From Amoebidium appalachense (taxonomy: Eukaryota > Protista > Ichthyosporea): DNA of 64,000 nucleotides. Both the position numbers and the translations under genes were made by a program. A model generated the notes under the pieces. That model saw only the letters and a list, made by a program, of their open reading frames with translations. It was not told the origin of the DNA and did not search any database. Numbering within the stretch: the first letter of the stretch is position 1; each line of letters opens with the position of its first letter. The stretch spans positions 11,026,888 to 11,090,887 of the forward strand of contig CAVNZM010000003.1 in NCBI GenBank assembly GCA_963693365.1. The letters run 5' to 3'. Of this stretch, positions 30,126 through 45,331 are shown one piece after another.

Positions 30126-30889
30126 GGGGTCAGCGGGCACGTTCTGTGCCTCGTTTAACACAAAGTTGTTCCTAGTTCGTGTAATTCAAAGTAGTATTAG
30201 AGTTGTGTTAGCAGACGCAACTTGCCGATTCCTGATGTTTTGCCATCTAGATAGATCGCTTTTTTCATATTAGTAGCGCCACCTTCTCGAAGAGTCGATT
30301 CCAGTGCGCGATCTCACACTTCATGCACACGTTTCCTTTTCTTCAGCCAGCTGCCTCCTATAATGCTCTCGAATCACGATTTGAAAGTTTTGTGCTTGCA
30401 TCGTGCAATGGTCATGCATATGTGGGTTTGTACTTGCAATCGTTACCGTTTTGCGATAATCAGTAGGCAGGCTTGTGTGGCCCTTTGTGTGATTTATTTA
30501 TGCTCTATAGCCTTTAGCCCATTATCTACGTTCATATCACGATAGAGATGCATATATATATTCTGTGTCCGGGCAGTGAAAGAGAGTCCTGTTTTGAGAA
30601 ATTTTGGTTTACTGTTAGGGTTGTCACTTGTCACGTGTACCCCCTCTTTCGAAGATTTCTATAAGTGCTTTGCAGCTCCAGGCCGCATTCCAGATGTTCC
30701 CTTCTTTTTTTGTCCCTTTTGATGTGCCCTGGTGGCATCGGAATATAGAGTGTTGATCGGATTCGCATGGGCAAAAATAAATGGAATAAATCGTCCCATT
30801 AAGACATCTTTTTTGCAATACAATCTAATAAAAGCAGTGCCTTATTATATGCCCTTGAAACTCTCCAATAATTGTATGGCTACTGTAAC

Positions 30890-30953
30890 AGAGTTGTTAT
30901 TCTCAGACTGATGACGTGACCACTCACGTCATCAGTCTGAGAATAACAACTCT
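30890..30953. repeat. Perfect inverted repeat, 30-bp arms with a 4-nt loop
   Basis: agagttgttattctcagactgatgacgtga-ccac-tcacgtcatcagtctgagaataacaactct. The arms are exact reverse complements. Confidence 0.95.
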
Positions 30954-31997
30954 ATGCCAGCATAAACTCTGCTACAGTGGCATTGACGTGATGCTGGAAC
31001 TCCGCGAAACACTACCTTAATATGCATGGCCGCCTCCACATTCTCAGGCCCACATCAGCGAAATAATCTCACTCGCTAACGCAAATTCAGCGCAAACCTC
31101 AGTCTTTTTAGACAAATAAAGCGAACCGTCATACATAATTCTAGGCTCAGGCGACATGCAATCTAGAGAAATAGGGTGCGCACGCGTTCAAAGGACACTC
31201 CCCATGACTCCCGTCGACCAGAATCGGATTCTTTGGTTGCCAGCAACGGGCGGCGGATTTCAAATTTGAAAATGGCGCGCATTTTAGCGGCATTTTTGCC
31301 CTGCTCCTTAATGACGTTATGCAGTAGATGCCAGAAAAGATTACATCAAGGCCATGTCCAATGGGCATTTTCCCTTTATTTCCTCGAATTGCGCGACTAA
31401 TCCGCAGTGTGGGCAAGAGATTATAAATGACTCCCATGCGTATGCAGATTTACTATCAGTCATGATTTGCCCTCCTCTATTGGGTACACTGGCTCATGAC
31501 ATTGAGCGAATAGTGGAACAGACAAGTATTTGTTAAAAACTTAAAGGTTTTATGATTGGCTGAAGGGTGAGCGCGGCGGGAACTCAGTTCAACAAAACCG
31601 TTGCCAAAGGCAAAAGGCGGCGGCAGCTCCAAACAACCTCTAGTTTTCCTTTCTTTTCCACTAATAAGTTTTGTGCGCAACAGGTGAAAGTCGTAGTCTA
31701 CATAGCGACGTTCTAAAAATGGTGAGTTGATATAGTTATTTCTGCAAAACCATTTTTGTTTTGAGGCAGAGTTTGCATTTATTTGCTGAATTCTCTCTTT
31801 CTGGAAACCACGAACACCGTTTTGCTGGTCTGGTGGCCGCTTTCTGTGTATGCGTAACGGTTTGAGGGCAAACACTCCTTAAGTGTTTACAAATGATCTT
31901 GCACCCTTCGGTGAAAGTGTTCTCACTTTTCGCTTTCTTACGCTACCATAAGGGGGCTCTTTGGCATAGCATTTCGAAACGTTGTTCAGTGCGAGTG

Positions 31998-33533
<1,536 letters not shown>

Positions 33534-34860
33534 GCACATCAACACATAGTTCTGTACAACACGCGAATAAATATTAGCCTCCGTCTTCCTGGCTTAGCCC
33601 TAGGGATGGCGGCTCTCCTTTTTCCCTCTTCTATCGCTGCTGTGGGCAGCAGGTTGGCCGAGATACTAGAGAAAGTGACGAGGAATGAATTTTGATAATT
33701 ACTGGCTCTATGCTGTCTCTGAGTGGCTCTGAGAGTCCTCTGATTTTTGTGTTTCTAGAAAAGCCCGCTGAGCTTGATGCTTGGGGTTTGGGCCCACGAT
33801 TAAAGATTGCCGGGCGAGGCAGGTTAACGATGTGCTGCTGTGGTGGAAGGTGGAAGAGGGTTTTCATTTGAGCAGATCATGTGGATGCTTGCGCAAATTC
33901 TTTTAGGACGCTTCGTTTTTTGGGGCTGCACCAAGTGTTAAGGGTGGGGGTTGTCGATGTGCATTACGAAGGTGAAAGAATGGACGATAGGTGGTACAGT
34001 ACCCGGTGCGTGGGGTGCCGAGAATGTGTGTGAGCTCCTCGAGCTCGTTGGCATGCGTGGCCCGGGCCGACAAGACGCTTGTGATCCCATTCTATAGCAG
34101 GGCCAGAGTAGGAAGGCTTGTTCTATAGATGGTGGCACATGCGTCCCAGCTCAAAAAAACTCCCAGGCTTAGGCATCGGACCCTTCCCCTCCCCTCGCAC
34201 CCCCCCCCCCCCCCTCCCCCCTCCCCCCAAAAAAAACCCCCAAATCCACCCCACCCCTATGGGAGCTCCCTTTTCCTTCCCCCCAAATTGCGACCAACTA
34301 TTGAACTATTGGTGGCTCACTACCACCACCACCCGCTACGTAGGGTACCGGGGAGGCTCGCACCACTGGGCCCCGGGGCCCGGCCAAGTGAGTCCCCTCA
34401 GCCGTGCACCCACGCGTGTACATTTCGATTACATCGGTGGATCTTCGTTCCATGCAGCGCTCAAATTATACTGTGCAAGCCTTTGTACACGTGTTTACGA
34501 GTTGTGGTGTAACGGTATATGTGTGTGCAGCGCTGCAACTGTTACCGCGTGTGTGCTTGTGTGTGTGCTACTGCTGCTCAGGACTCCTTGAACCTCAGCA
34601 TTTTTACATGTTTATGATGTAACATTTGAATGAAGCAAGGATGCGAGTCACTCGGATTATCATGGCAGAACGTGTGTGTGTGCAAAATGCGAGTCACTCG
34701 GATTATCATAACATGTGTGTGTGCTTCTGTGTGTGTGTGTGTGTGTGTGTGCGTGCGTGTGAATATGCGTGTGCGTGTGTGTGTAGGTGTATGTGCGTGT
34801 GGGTGTGTGTGCGTGCTTACTTGCGTGCGTACGTGCGTGCGTGCTTGTGTGTGTGTGTGT

Positions 34861-34899
<39 letters not shown>

Positions 34900-35353
34900 T
34901 GTGTGTTTGTGTGTATGCACCGCAGACAGAGAGAGACTCTGAGGGTGCACAAGGGTGGGGAGTTCGGAACAGAGTGGGCTGCGAACTTGGGAATTGAATG
35001 GCCGATCCTACTACTGAGATCATCAGTGATGAAACAAGAATTCGCCAGGCTAAATATATTTTGAAGATGCCATATAGCTTCACCAATGCCTCATGCCACG
35101 GTGTAACAAAACATACAGTTGGTGATTCCTCCTACACTCACTATATCACGCTGTAGCCGCATACACACAACGGCACGTGCACCCGTGAGCACCCACACTC
35201 ATACACGCGTGCGCGCCAGGTGATTGCGACATTCATTCGCGCTCCTATTGGCCGGCTCGGATCTATCAAGTCTGAAAATATGAGAAAGCAACAATTGCCG
35301 TGCGTTCCGATTGGTTCCCTCCAAAAAGCCGTTCCCACTCGCAAAATAAAAAG

Positions 35354-35387
<34 letters not shown>

Positions 35388-35523
35388 CTAGGCTTTCATT
35401 TTTGGTTTGTGAAGGTTTCGTACACCATACACATTTAAGTATTAACGCTTCACACTTCATTACCCTGTGGTTGGTTTTGTGCGAAAGCTCGACACATTTT
35501 GAACATCATAGGCTGTGTGAAAA

Positions 35524-36690
35524 ATGACGGTGCAGAATTACGGCGCCACTCCCACCATGGATCCAAGTGCCCTACCACCACCCCCGACTCAGTCGGCATT
35601 TATACGCATTTCCAAGGCCATACAGAAGTTCATTATCGATGAGTTTCTTCTAATTTCTTTTGCTGCGGCAACAATCATTGCACTGCTTTTCCCCTCCCCG
35701 GGAGCAGCGGCAAGCAAGCCTGTGTTTTTGGGTATGCATGTTTTTATGTCCATCAACAACTTCATCGTTTTCCTCATCTCCGGCCTGACACTCAAAACGG
35801 AGGACTTCCGTCAGATTAAGAAACACTGGATCGGTGCCCTATACGGCGTACTCGCAATCCTTCTCATCACCCCCGCTTTCGGTTTCATAACACCCCGTCT
35901 TCCCATCCAACCACCAGAATTCGCAATCGGTCTCACCATTTTCTGCGTCGTGCCCACAACATTGGGTGTAGGTGTTACTCTTGTGGCTGAGGCCAAGGGA
36001 AACCAGCCCCTCGCTTTGTTCCTTACAGTGGTAACCAACATGCTCGGGATCCTTTCCATGCCTCCCCTCCTAAAGCTCCTCTTCTGGGCGGCAGAGAGCG
36101 GAGCTGCGCCAACGGTCGACCCGGTTTCTCTGTTTGTCAAGCTCGTTGTTACGGTTGTAGTTCCTACCATAATAGGAAAGGTCGCCACCAGCTATTCTGC
36201 ACATGTGCGCAATTTTGTTAAAGAACACAAGGTTTTCCTCAAGCTTTTCAGCACCCTCCAGCTCGCTCTGATTCTCTGGCAGACACTGAGCGGCGCACAG
36301 AACATCATCATGCAACAGAGCCCGGTGGATATCCTCATCGTTTTCTTCGTTGCGGCTGCGCTTCATGTTGTGATGCTCATTTTCAATGCGTTGGTCGTAT
36401 TCCCGACCTCTCTTCCGCTTCAGGAAGCAATTGCTGTTGTTATAATGGCCAGCCAAAAGAGTTCCCCCGTCGCGGTTGCTGTGATTAGTTACATCACACA
36501 TGACCCCAAGCAGCTTGGTTTGTTCATCATCCCGTGTGTTCTTGGCCAGTTGAGTCAAATCTTCATTGGGTCTTTCCTGGCTAAGTATTTCGCGAAGAAG
36601 GTTCGGAAAGCGGAAATAAGAGATGAAGTGGCTAGCTCAAGGGCTCTGCCAGAGACAAAAGCAGCTCAAAGCTTGACAGAGGATGTTTAG
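35524..36690 (+). CDS. Sodium/bile-acid (metabolite) symporter family protein, BASS4/SLC10A7-like, 388 aa, intronless
   Basis: Multiple hydrophobic helices. Family-like motifs: FLISGLTLKTEDF, GLTIFCVVPTTLGVGVTL..AKGN..LALFLTVVTNMLGI, SQKSSPVA, IPCVLGQLSQI. Confidence 0.85.
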   Translation: MTVQNYGATPTMDPSALPPPPTQSAFIRISKAIQKFIIDEFLLISFAAATIIALLFPSPGAAASKPVFLGMHVFMSINNFIVFLISGLTLKTEDFRQIKKHWIGALYGVLAILLITPAFGFITPRLPIQPPEFAIGLTIFCVVPTTLGVGVTLVAEAKGNQPLALFLTVVTNMLGILSMPPLLKLLFWAAESGAAPTVDPVSLFVKLVVTVVVPTIIGKVATSYSAHVRNFVKEHKVFLKLFSTLQLALILWQTLSGAQNIIMQQSPVDILIVFFVAAALHVVMLIFNALVVFPTSLPLQEAIAVVIMASQKSSPVAVAVISYITHDPKQLGLFIIPCVLGQLSQIFIGSFLAKYFAKKVRKAEIRDEVASSRALPETKAAQSLTEDV

Positions 36691-37587
36691 ATCCCGTATG
36701 TGGCAAACAACGGGCAATGAGGTGGTATGTTGTATATAGGGAGCATGTTTGATGTAAACGTCCGTGTAATTTAAAAAGGTTGGGGTAAAGAGAGCCAGTA
36801 CTAGTATGTAAACATGGCGTGGCGGTGTAGTAGATGTAAGCGGAGGGAGATTTTATCACAAGCTACCAAAGTAAGCGGTATGTATGTTTTAGTAGTTGTA
36901 CTACTGTGGTATGAAGAGGTTGGTGAGTGTGGTTACAAAAGCAGCCGGAGGTTGCCTATAAGAAATAAATTTGAATCTTGCACTTTGGTAGCAAACCAAG
37001 GATTTGCTACCAAAGTGTGCCAGAGCCAACAGCCCCTCCCCCCCCCCCTCACCCCCCACCCCCAACACACACACACTCATCCACCTACTCGCCTCCCCTT
37101 GCTGGGAGGGTCCCCGGCCCTGATCTCTACGCACTACGATTTGCAAAGTCTTCACATACAAACACACACAGACACAGACACACCGAGGCCTCATTATAAG
37201 CACAATTTCGACGGTAGCGTTCACAGCGCTAGCCCACAGCCACCTGCGGTAAATACACCAGGAATCGAATATGATAGCTTGCCCTGTCTACCTTATTAAA
37301 GAACCGTGTGATTATGGGTGCGTAGTCACATCCATGTTGATCTAATGTAACTGCTCGAAATGAATATTGAATAGCTTTTTATAGGGTGTGAAGAGATTTT
37401 ATAGTTATAAGTATAGCCGGCTTGCTTTAACAATCTTGGCGGGAAAATCGCGATACGGTAATCGTTCTTGGCCCTCCGAACATACTAAAGGGCGGCACCA
37501 CAGGAAAGTTTTGGTTTTGCTTGTCGCTTGCCATTTTTACTTTGAAAAATCTCGAGATCTTGCGTTCCTTTTTGACTACTTGCGAGG

Positions 37588-38528
37588 ATGGCGAGCTACT
37601 TTGACGACCACCAAGAGCGCGAGGCAGACAGAGAGAGGAGGTTAAACATGGAAAATGCTGGCTTTGACCCGACCGACCCGGAGAGCATTCTGGCACACCT
37701 TGGTGTGGTAACAAGAAAGTACGTGAAACGGTTAGCAAGAAAAGTAGTGGAGGGGAAGATGGTGTCAAGAGATCTGTTGGAGGAAGATTGGTGAGAGAGA
37801 TCTCGGGGGGGGGTTAACGTGAGGCTTTGTGGCAAACGCCTTTTGTAGAAAGTATCTAGTGGACAGGGTAATTAAGGCGAACTTTTGTTGTAAACTGCTT
37901 CTCACTCAATCATCTATTTCTCCCCTGAACCGGCCAGCTTTGAACGTTACGCTCCCTAGCGCAAATGCTACATGTTTAAACGCACATTGACCCGTGCGTG
38001 TTGGGCATCAGACGGGCACACTTCTGCTTGTGTTTGCCTTTCTGGCATATGTAGATTCAGATGTGCATAGGCTGGCAGGTCTAAACATCTGCTTTTGTAG
38101 CAAAGATGCACACAATTACACGGGCGCCGTTCTCTGCTGATATGATACAATCTTGAACCGAAGAGTGCAATCATTGCTCCACACGCTAGTGCGCACGCAA
38201 CGACGGACAGAACACACATCCTTTCTACGCCTGCGCACATAGCCTCGAACCTACACATATTTTGAGCACGCATGCAAAAGATCCAGCACGCACACGCCTA
38301 CCTACACACCAAGATACAGGTGCGCGCACACACACACACTTACACACACACACACACTCACACACACACACACAGACGTACACACACGCGCGCGCACACA
38401 CACACACTCACACACACACACACACACACACAAACGTACACACATGTGCGCGCGCGCGCGCACACACACACACACACACATGCACACACGCACATCCCCT
38501 TCCCCCCTCCCCTCTCCCCCCCCCCCCT

Positions 38529-38568
<40 letters not shown>

Positions 38569-39353
38569 ACCCACACACTCTAAACGTTTATATCTACAGC
38601 CAACAACCGCCAGCATCTAAGGCCGTTATCGACACCCTGCCCACATTCAAAATCACCGCGGAAGAGTTTGGTATTGAGCCCCCCCCTCCCCTCCCCCCCG
38701 TGTTCTTTCTTTCCCCCCCCCCCCCCCTCCCCCCCCCCTTTCCCCCCTCCTCCCAAAAGCTGCATGTAGGAACACCAACAACCACTAAATTGCATCAAGA
38801 TTTCTTTGATGGTTCGTTTAGGAGTGCAATCATCTTGGACCTGAACGTTTTTCACTTACGTCTGGCGCGGTTTTTCCTTTTTTTCTTTTTCCTTTCTCTA
38901 TTTTTCTCTCTCTTTTTTTTTTTCGGTGGTGGTGGTGGTGGTGGTGGTGGTGGTGGTGGGGGGGGGGGGGGGGGGGGGGGGGCACAAACTTTTAAATATT
39001 ACTGCATATAATGATTTGCATATCACAGCAGCATACGGATAAGCAAATGCTAAAGCAGATATCATAGCATTTTGGTTCACATTTATTTTTCAAACACAAT
39101 TTTGAGATATCCATAAACACATGGCCTAAACATCAAAGCATATATGAATAAATATGTAACCCAATTTCCACAACACATAAACGGATTAACATTAATTCCG
39201 AATACCTTCTATGCTCCTCCCTTTTAACCTCCTCCCCTCCCCCCCCCCCCTCCCGTGCCCTCTTCCTGGCTTCCTTGCAAATCCCCCCCCCCCAACACAC
39301 ACACACACACTCTCTCTCTCTCTCTCTCTTTCTCATCTCTCGCTCTCTTTCTC

Positions 39354-39428
<75 letters not shown>

Positions 39429-39707
39429 CTCTCTCCCTCTCTTAGGCAGCCGCCCCTGATTTTCCTCAAACACAAATGCTCACATCTTCGACTCTTTTCC
39501 CCTTCTTGCTATTAACTGTCATCCCCACTGCAACTAACACATAAAATCCTGTATACCTTGTAGTTTTTGCACTGAAAATAAGGGCGTATGGATCGAGGAT
39601 TACAAGCGTAAATATCTGACACTATCTGACACTCACTCATCCCCCACATCCCCCCCCCCCCCCCCCCCCCCCCCCCCCACACACACACATGCAGGCACGC
39701 ACGCACA

Positions 39708-39770
<63 letters not shown>

Positions 39771-39901
39771 CCAAAGGTGCTAGCTGTGCTGTCTGCATGG
39801 AAGCCTTTCCACTCAACGCCCACCCGACCCGTCTCCCATGCTTTCACTTATACCACAGGGTAAAGTGCCCCCCCCCCCCCCCCCCCTCCCCCCCCCCCCC
39901 C

Positions 39902-39940
<39 letters not shown>

Positions 39941-40080
39941 ACCACCACCACCACCACCCCCTTCCGAACCTCTCTCCCACCTGCATTCTTTTCTTCTTTC
40001 ATCTCATAATGCAAACGATCTCATTGTGCAGGCTTGTTTCTTTAACGTGTGTTTCTGCTGCCTCTCATTCATAACATTCA

Positions 40081-40121
<41 letters not shown>

Positions 40122-41689
40122 ACCTACTTCCCCTTAACAAAAACGCATGAACATTAAAATGCACTCGGCGCACATGTCTTTATATTGTACTTATTTTTTC
40201 GTACCTTCTAACACACACACACACACACACCCTTCCCCCGGTTTCTCTCTCTATCCCACCCTACCCCATCCCTTCTTTCACCCGACCTTGCGACACACGT
40301 GTTGGTACATGTTCGAGTGTTATCAAATGTTTAACGGTTGGTGGGCAGTGGTTTGTATGTATGGCTAAACGTGTTGCTTTCACAGGGAGTTTTTTTTCTT
40401 TTCTTTTTTTTTTCCCCCAAGATCTGGGGGGGGGGGGGGGGGGGGGCATCGTGAAAGTGTGTGTGTGCGAGTGCGTGTGTGTGTGTGCGCGCGCTGTGTT
40501 GGGTGTGTGTTTGTGTGTGTGTGCGCGTGTGTGTGTGCGCGTGTGTGTGCCGCGCGAATGTGTGTGTGTGTGAATGTGTGTGAGAGTGGTTGTACGTGTA
40601 TCTGTACTGTATTAGTAGAGGCGGTTTTGAAGGTGGCAGTTTCCACTAGACATGCGAAGACGTTCCAGTGTAGCGTCCTGCATTCCATTTGACATTCTTC
40701 TACTCACAGGAATGTGTCGTGGAATGGCTTAAACGGCACAACAACTGCCCGACGTGCAGACACGAATTGGAAACGGACGACCGATTGTACAACGACGAAA
40801 AGACGAGAGAGAGGGTAGAGAGCAGGGGACCCCCTCCTTCCATGTTTGGATAATAAATACAAAATCTCGTTTCTTTCCTTTTATGGTTAAATGGGCGGCT
40901 TTATATGGTCAGGGGGCACCCATCTTCCATGTTAACGTTTGGATAGTTTCTTTCCTTTCATAGTAAAATGGGTGGCTTTATATGGTCAGGGGACCCCCTC
41001 CTTCCATGTTTGGATAGTTTCTTTCCTTTCATGGTAAAATGGGTGGCTTTATATGGTCAGGGGACCCCCTCCTTCCATGTTTGGATAGTTTCTTTCCTTT
41101 CATGGTAAAATGGGTGGTTTTATATGGTCAGGGGACCCGCACCCTCTATGCTTGGATAGTGTATAGATCAATAATGTGTGTGTTTCTTTCCATATATAGT
41201 TAAGTGGGTGGTTTTATATGGTCAGGCCTAAGGGGCTCCCACCTTCCATGGTTGGATGGTTTCTTTCCTTATAGGGTAAAGTGGTTGGCTTTATATATGG
41301 TTAACGGCTTGGTTTATGCGTATGTACATGGTAGGGTGCGTGTGTTTTGTATGTTTTGAAGATTGTTGTTCAATTGCTGTTTTTTATGGACTTTTGTGCT
41401 ATGATAGTAGGCTGTAGCAAATGGAAAGAAGGTTGAAGGGCGACACAAGGAAGAGGAATGAATACAAGTCTGTATAATAATTAAAGAAAGGTGTCACGCT
41501 TCTACCCTACTCAGGTGCATGCACACGCTCAAAGGTGCATATACCGGCACTCGCGCACGCATGAACACCACGCGCACACACGGACACACATGCACTGGCA
41601 CAGGCACTTGCTTGCATGCACGTGCGGACCCGAGCACATATAACCCACACAACCCCCCCCCCCCCCCCCCAAAAAGAAAAAAAAAAAAA

Positions 41690-41721
<32 letters not shown>

Positions 41722-41855
41722 AAAAGAAGAAAAAGATAGAAAAGAAAACACTTACACACACACAACACACATGTACACACGCACTCACATGCACATTGCG
41801 CCCCCGCACTCAGGCGATCGCACAGCGGCACACACATCTGCAACTATATATATAG
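37588..41855 (+). CDS. RNF181: RING-H2 E3 ubiquitin ligase, RNF181-like; 5 exons, ~145 aa
   Basis: Phase-consistent exons 37588-37718, 38600-38670, 39771-39859, 40710-40814, 41814-41855. N-terminus MASYFDDH, then [17 protein letters not shown]2 is CAVC...[33 protein letters not shown]. The C-terminus ends ...LQLYI*. Confidence 0.85.
40822..41302. repeat. Minisatellite, 71-bp unit, ~6 copies, at the start of RNF181-like intron 4
   Basis: The unit ggtcaggggaccccctccttccatgtttggatagtttctttcctttcatggtaaaatgggtggctttatat starts at 40984, 41055 and 41126, with diverged copies on either side. Confidence 0.9.
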
Positions 41856-41893
41856 CAGATCAATAAAGTCAAACCCCCCCCCCCCCCCCCTCC

Positions 41894-41926
<33 letters not shown>

Positions 41927-42666
41927 CATCCCCCCGGTCTCCCCTCCCTATAGTATACCCCTTCCCCCCCGCTCCTTCCCACCTAGAAACACTAGCGCTT
42001 GTGTGATCAAGACTGGGTGGGCTAGTATGTGCTTTTGTTTGTGTGCTTGTGCAAACCGTTACTTGCTTGTGATGTTTGAATTTAAATAATTCATCGGCCT
42101 AACTCCAGTGCTAAGGGGAGGGGTGTGTGTGTGTGTGTGTGTTCTTACAGGGTGGGTGGATGGTGGTGGTGGTGGTGGTGTGTGTGTGTGGGGGGGGGGG
42201 GCTCGAGTATACGTATATTTGAGCCAAAGCGGTTTGCGGAAAGTACCGAATGCCACAAATTCCGGTATTGACTTCATGAAACATTTTAATCAAAATGGCA
42301 ACGAGAACCAAGTATCAAAGAATTGCAACCGTTAAGAAAAACAGAATTGAGCAGAAAGCTATGATTATCACATAACAATTGATACATAACATATGTACAT
42401 ACTTTGGTTACGACCGGCTCATTGTAATTCAACACGATATTCTACGATTGCAACATTCCCGCGCCCCCGATTGCTATACCTATGCTTGACTTTAAAAACT
42501 TGAAATTGCGGCTCACATGACTAAAAACTATTAAAGACTTTCATAGTACCGACAGCTCATATCGCCTGCAAAAACTAGGCACACAATCATGCCACCTACC
42601 GTGACTTTAAACACATTAAATTTGATATTGACTACAGCTTAAATCAAATTAAAGTTAAAAATCCTA

Positions 42667-45300
42667 TCAGTCATCCTCGCACCAATCAACAAACAGCCTC
42701 TTTTTCAAGTCATCCGCACATTTGCCTGCCGGCTGCAACGAAAGAATCATGGGTGTCTCCTCAGGGGGCACACTCATACTCCCATCACCATTATAACTAG
42801 AATTTATCGAGGCAATATCATTGGATAACGCGGGAGTGATAATATATGGTGTATGTTCATGCTCAGGAGCTAAAAAGCTTCCTATTGTATTCTCGTTATT
42901 ACACGCATATTTGGTATTATTCTCTGTCGAGTGGAGGTCATTCGGTGTCCCAGGGTAGAAATTCATTCGCTTGGTCTGGATTTGCACCGCCTTCAACCCG
43001 CTTTCGTTCATTGGCCGCTTTTCCACCAGCGGCATCCTGAAATCTCCTTGGCCATCATCCTTAGCCTTCCAATCGAAATCACCCGTTCCGTTAAATTCTC
43101 TAGTGGGAGGATTTATGTTTTGGTTCGCCTTCTTTCTGCTCAAAGTTTCCACCACCACATCGGACGTAATTGTAATTTTTCGTCGTGCATCTTTTTGCGT
43201 AATTATTTGCGGTGTCATTCCCACAGGCGAGGAGTCGCGTGAAACATAATCTGATGCGAATAATTGGTTGCACGCTCCCTTGGCTCCACCAATCAATTCG
43301 GTCGAGAAGGAAAGATTTTCGTCATCCTTACCGATTTTAACATCGAAAATAGAACCGATAACGGGAGCGTTTCGCTTGCAGGGCACGATCGGGGATGCGT
43401 CGGGCAAAAGTAAATTTACGATTGCGCTCGAATTTATGTTTGTTCCTGAGTTTATGTTGGTGCCCGAAAGCAGCATAATGGTGGTGTCTAGGATGTCATC
43501 GGTGAAATTTGGATGGTGGGCGGAACGAGAGGAAGAACATGGGGTGGAAGTTGAAAACGGCGGAGATTCTGAAGCGAATGTATGTTTTTCGTGTGTGCTT
43601 GTAGGTTGAGGTGTTGTGTTTTTGGTTGGAGGGGTGGGTGGTGGCAGTGGTAGTTGTGGTGGTTGTGTGTGTGCAAGTGTCTTGTTCTTTGAAGGTCGGG
43701 TAGGTGACGAGGGTAGAGCGGGTTGTGTGAGATTGGGTGCTGTATTTTTTGATGGTGGGGTGGGTGATGGTGGTGGTGGTTGTGTGTGTGTGAAATGGTG
43801 TGGCTGTGGTGCATCTGCTTGGGCCTTTCCCTCTACCGATGGGAAGCTACCGGAAGACTCTACTATATTTCTAACGTTGGTTGCTGATTGGGTCGATTCT
43901 TCTGCGTACAGCCAATCACAAAAAGGCATGTCCACGCTAAGGTCCACATCCGGGTTTGCAGCGGTGGGAAGGGGGGCCCAACAGATTTTACCCTCCGAAT
44001 TTCGTGCGTTGAAGCCAAGAGGGATATCCCACTGGTTGCTATCGCTCGCAAATTCGCCAGGTTTCAATTCTATAGGTAAGGAATCGGTGTCGACATCTGC
44101 AAACATACTATCCGTAGCTACCAAGCCCGGGGATAGGTGTTCCTCGTGTAGTATATCACCCGTTTCGGATATCTCGTCTCGTACCGGGGGGGCTTTTCCC
44201 GATGGATATTCCGGACGAAAAGCCACGGGATTGGTCGGCGGTAGTAGTAGCAGTGTGTTTTCGTTTCCCGATTTTTCACAGGTCCGATTGCGCGATTCGT
44301 TTGGAATAATGCCGGCCGGAGCCACGGGTGCCGCCACAACCAGACAGGAAGTTTCGCACCCGCTTGGTATTAATGGTGCTAACCGATTGTCCGATCCATT
44401 GCTCAAATCATCCGTATGTTCCCGATTAGGTTGTACTAAATCTCCCTCTGGCGTATCATTTCCCCTCTCTAGAACTGAGAAATCGGCATAGCAGTCATAC
44501 CAATTTAGGCCAAGATCTTGGGCGTAATCGGAATCTGAACGGGGATCCCGTACTTGTGATTGGCTCACACGATCGCCGAAGTCAGGGGTTCCGTTTGGAG
44601 GGCGGCCGGAATGAGCGAACATAGGCTCGATCGGCTTAATCGGGTGGGAGTAATCAGGATAGATTGGGCGATGGGATGGGATGGGGTAATCCCAAATCGG
44701 GACCTCGGTATGGCTATCATCCAATTGGAAGCTGTCGTCCAGATAGGATATCTGATCGATTTGATTGGTTGATTGGATCTCATTGTTATCATTAACCGGT
44801 GAATGTGGTGGGGCGGAGGGGGGAGTAGCCGGTGAGGGGAAAATGGTGGACGACTGGCTGTGCTGGTTGAGTTCGGAAGACACAGAGGCCTGAACGTGAG
44901 GAATGAAAGGGGTGAATGGATGACAGGAAAAGGTGTGTGTGTGTGCGTGTGCGTGTGCGTGTGTGTGTGTGCGCGCGGCGTGTGCGTGATTTGGGGAGAA
45001 GGGGGGTGGGGGAGGATGTTGTTAGAACATTGTCTTTGGCGATGGGTTGATTGTCAGTGTTGAGGTGGTGACAGAGTAAGGGGAGGTGGAAGCAGGAGGG
45101 GGCAGGCGGGCAGAGGTGGTGCGTGTGTGTGTGTGTGTGTGTTGTGTGTGTGTGGGGGGGGGGGGGGGGGGAGGGTCGGTGCGGGAGGGTGTGAGGAGGA
45201 GGAGGGGGGGGGGGGGGGGGGGGTAAAAAGATTCAAGTTACTCAAAATCAATGCCCAGGCACATTATGTGTACGGCTGAAATCTTTTGGGGGGGAGGGAG

Positions 45301-45331
<31 letters not shown>

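Noticed and set aside
30960-31900. Short ORFs in the GPCR-H3 intergenic region, and similarly at 17550-19450 and 50600-52500
   Set aside because: No recognisable domains, codon bias or consistent exon chains; most likely promoter or intergenic DNA.
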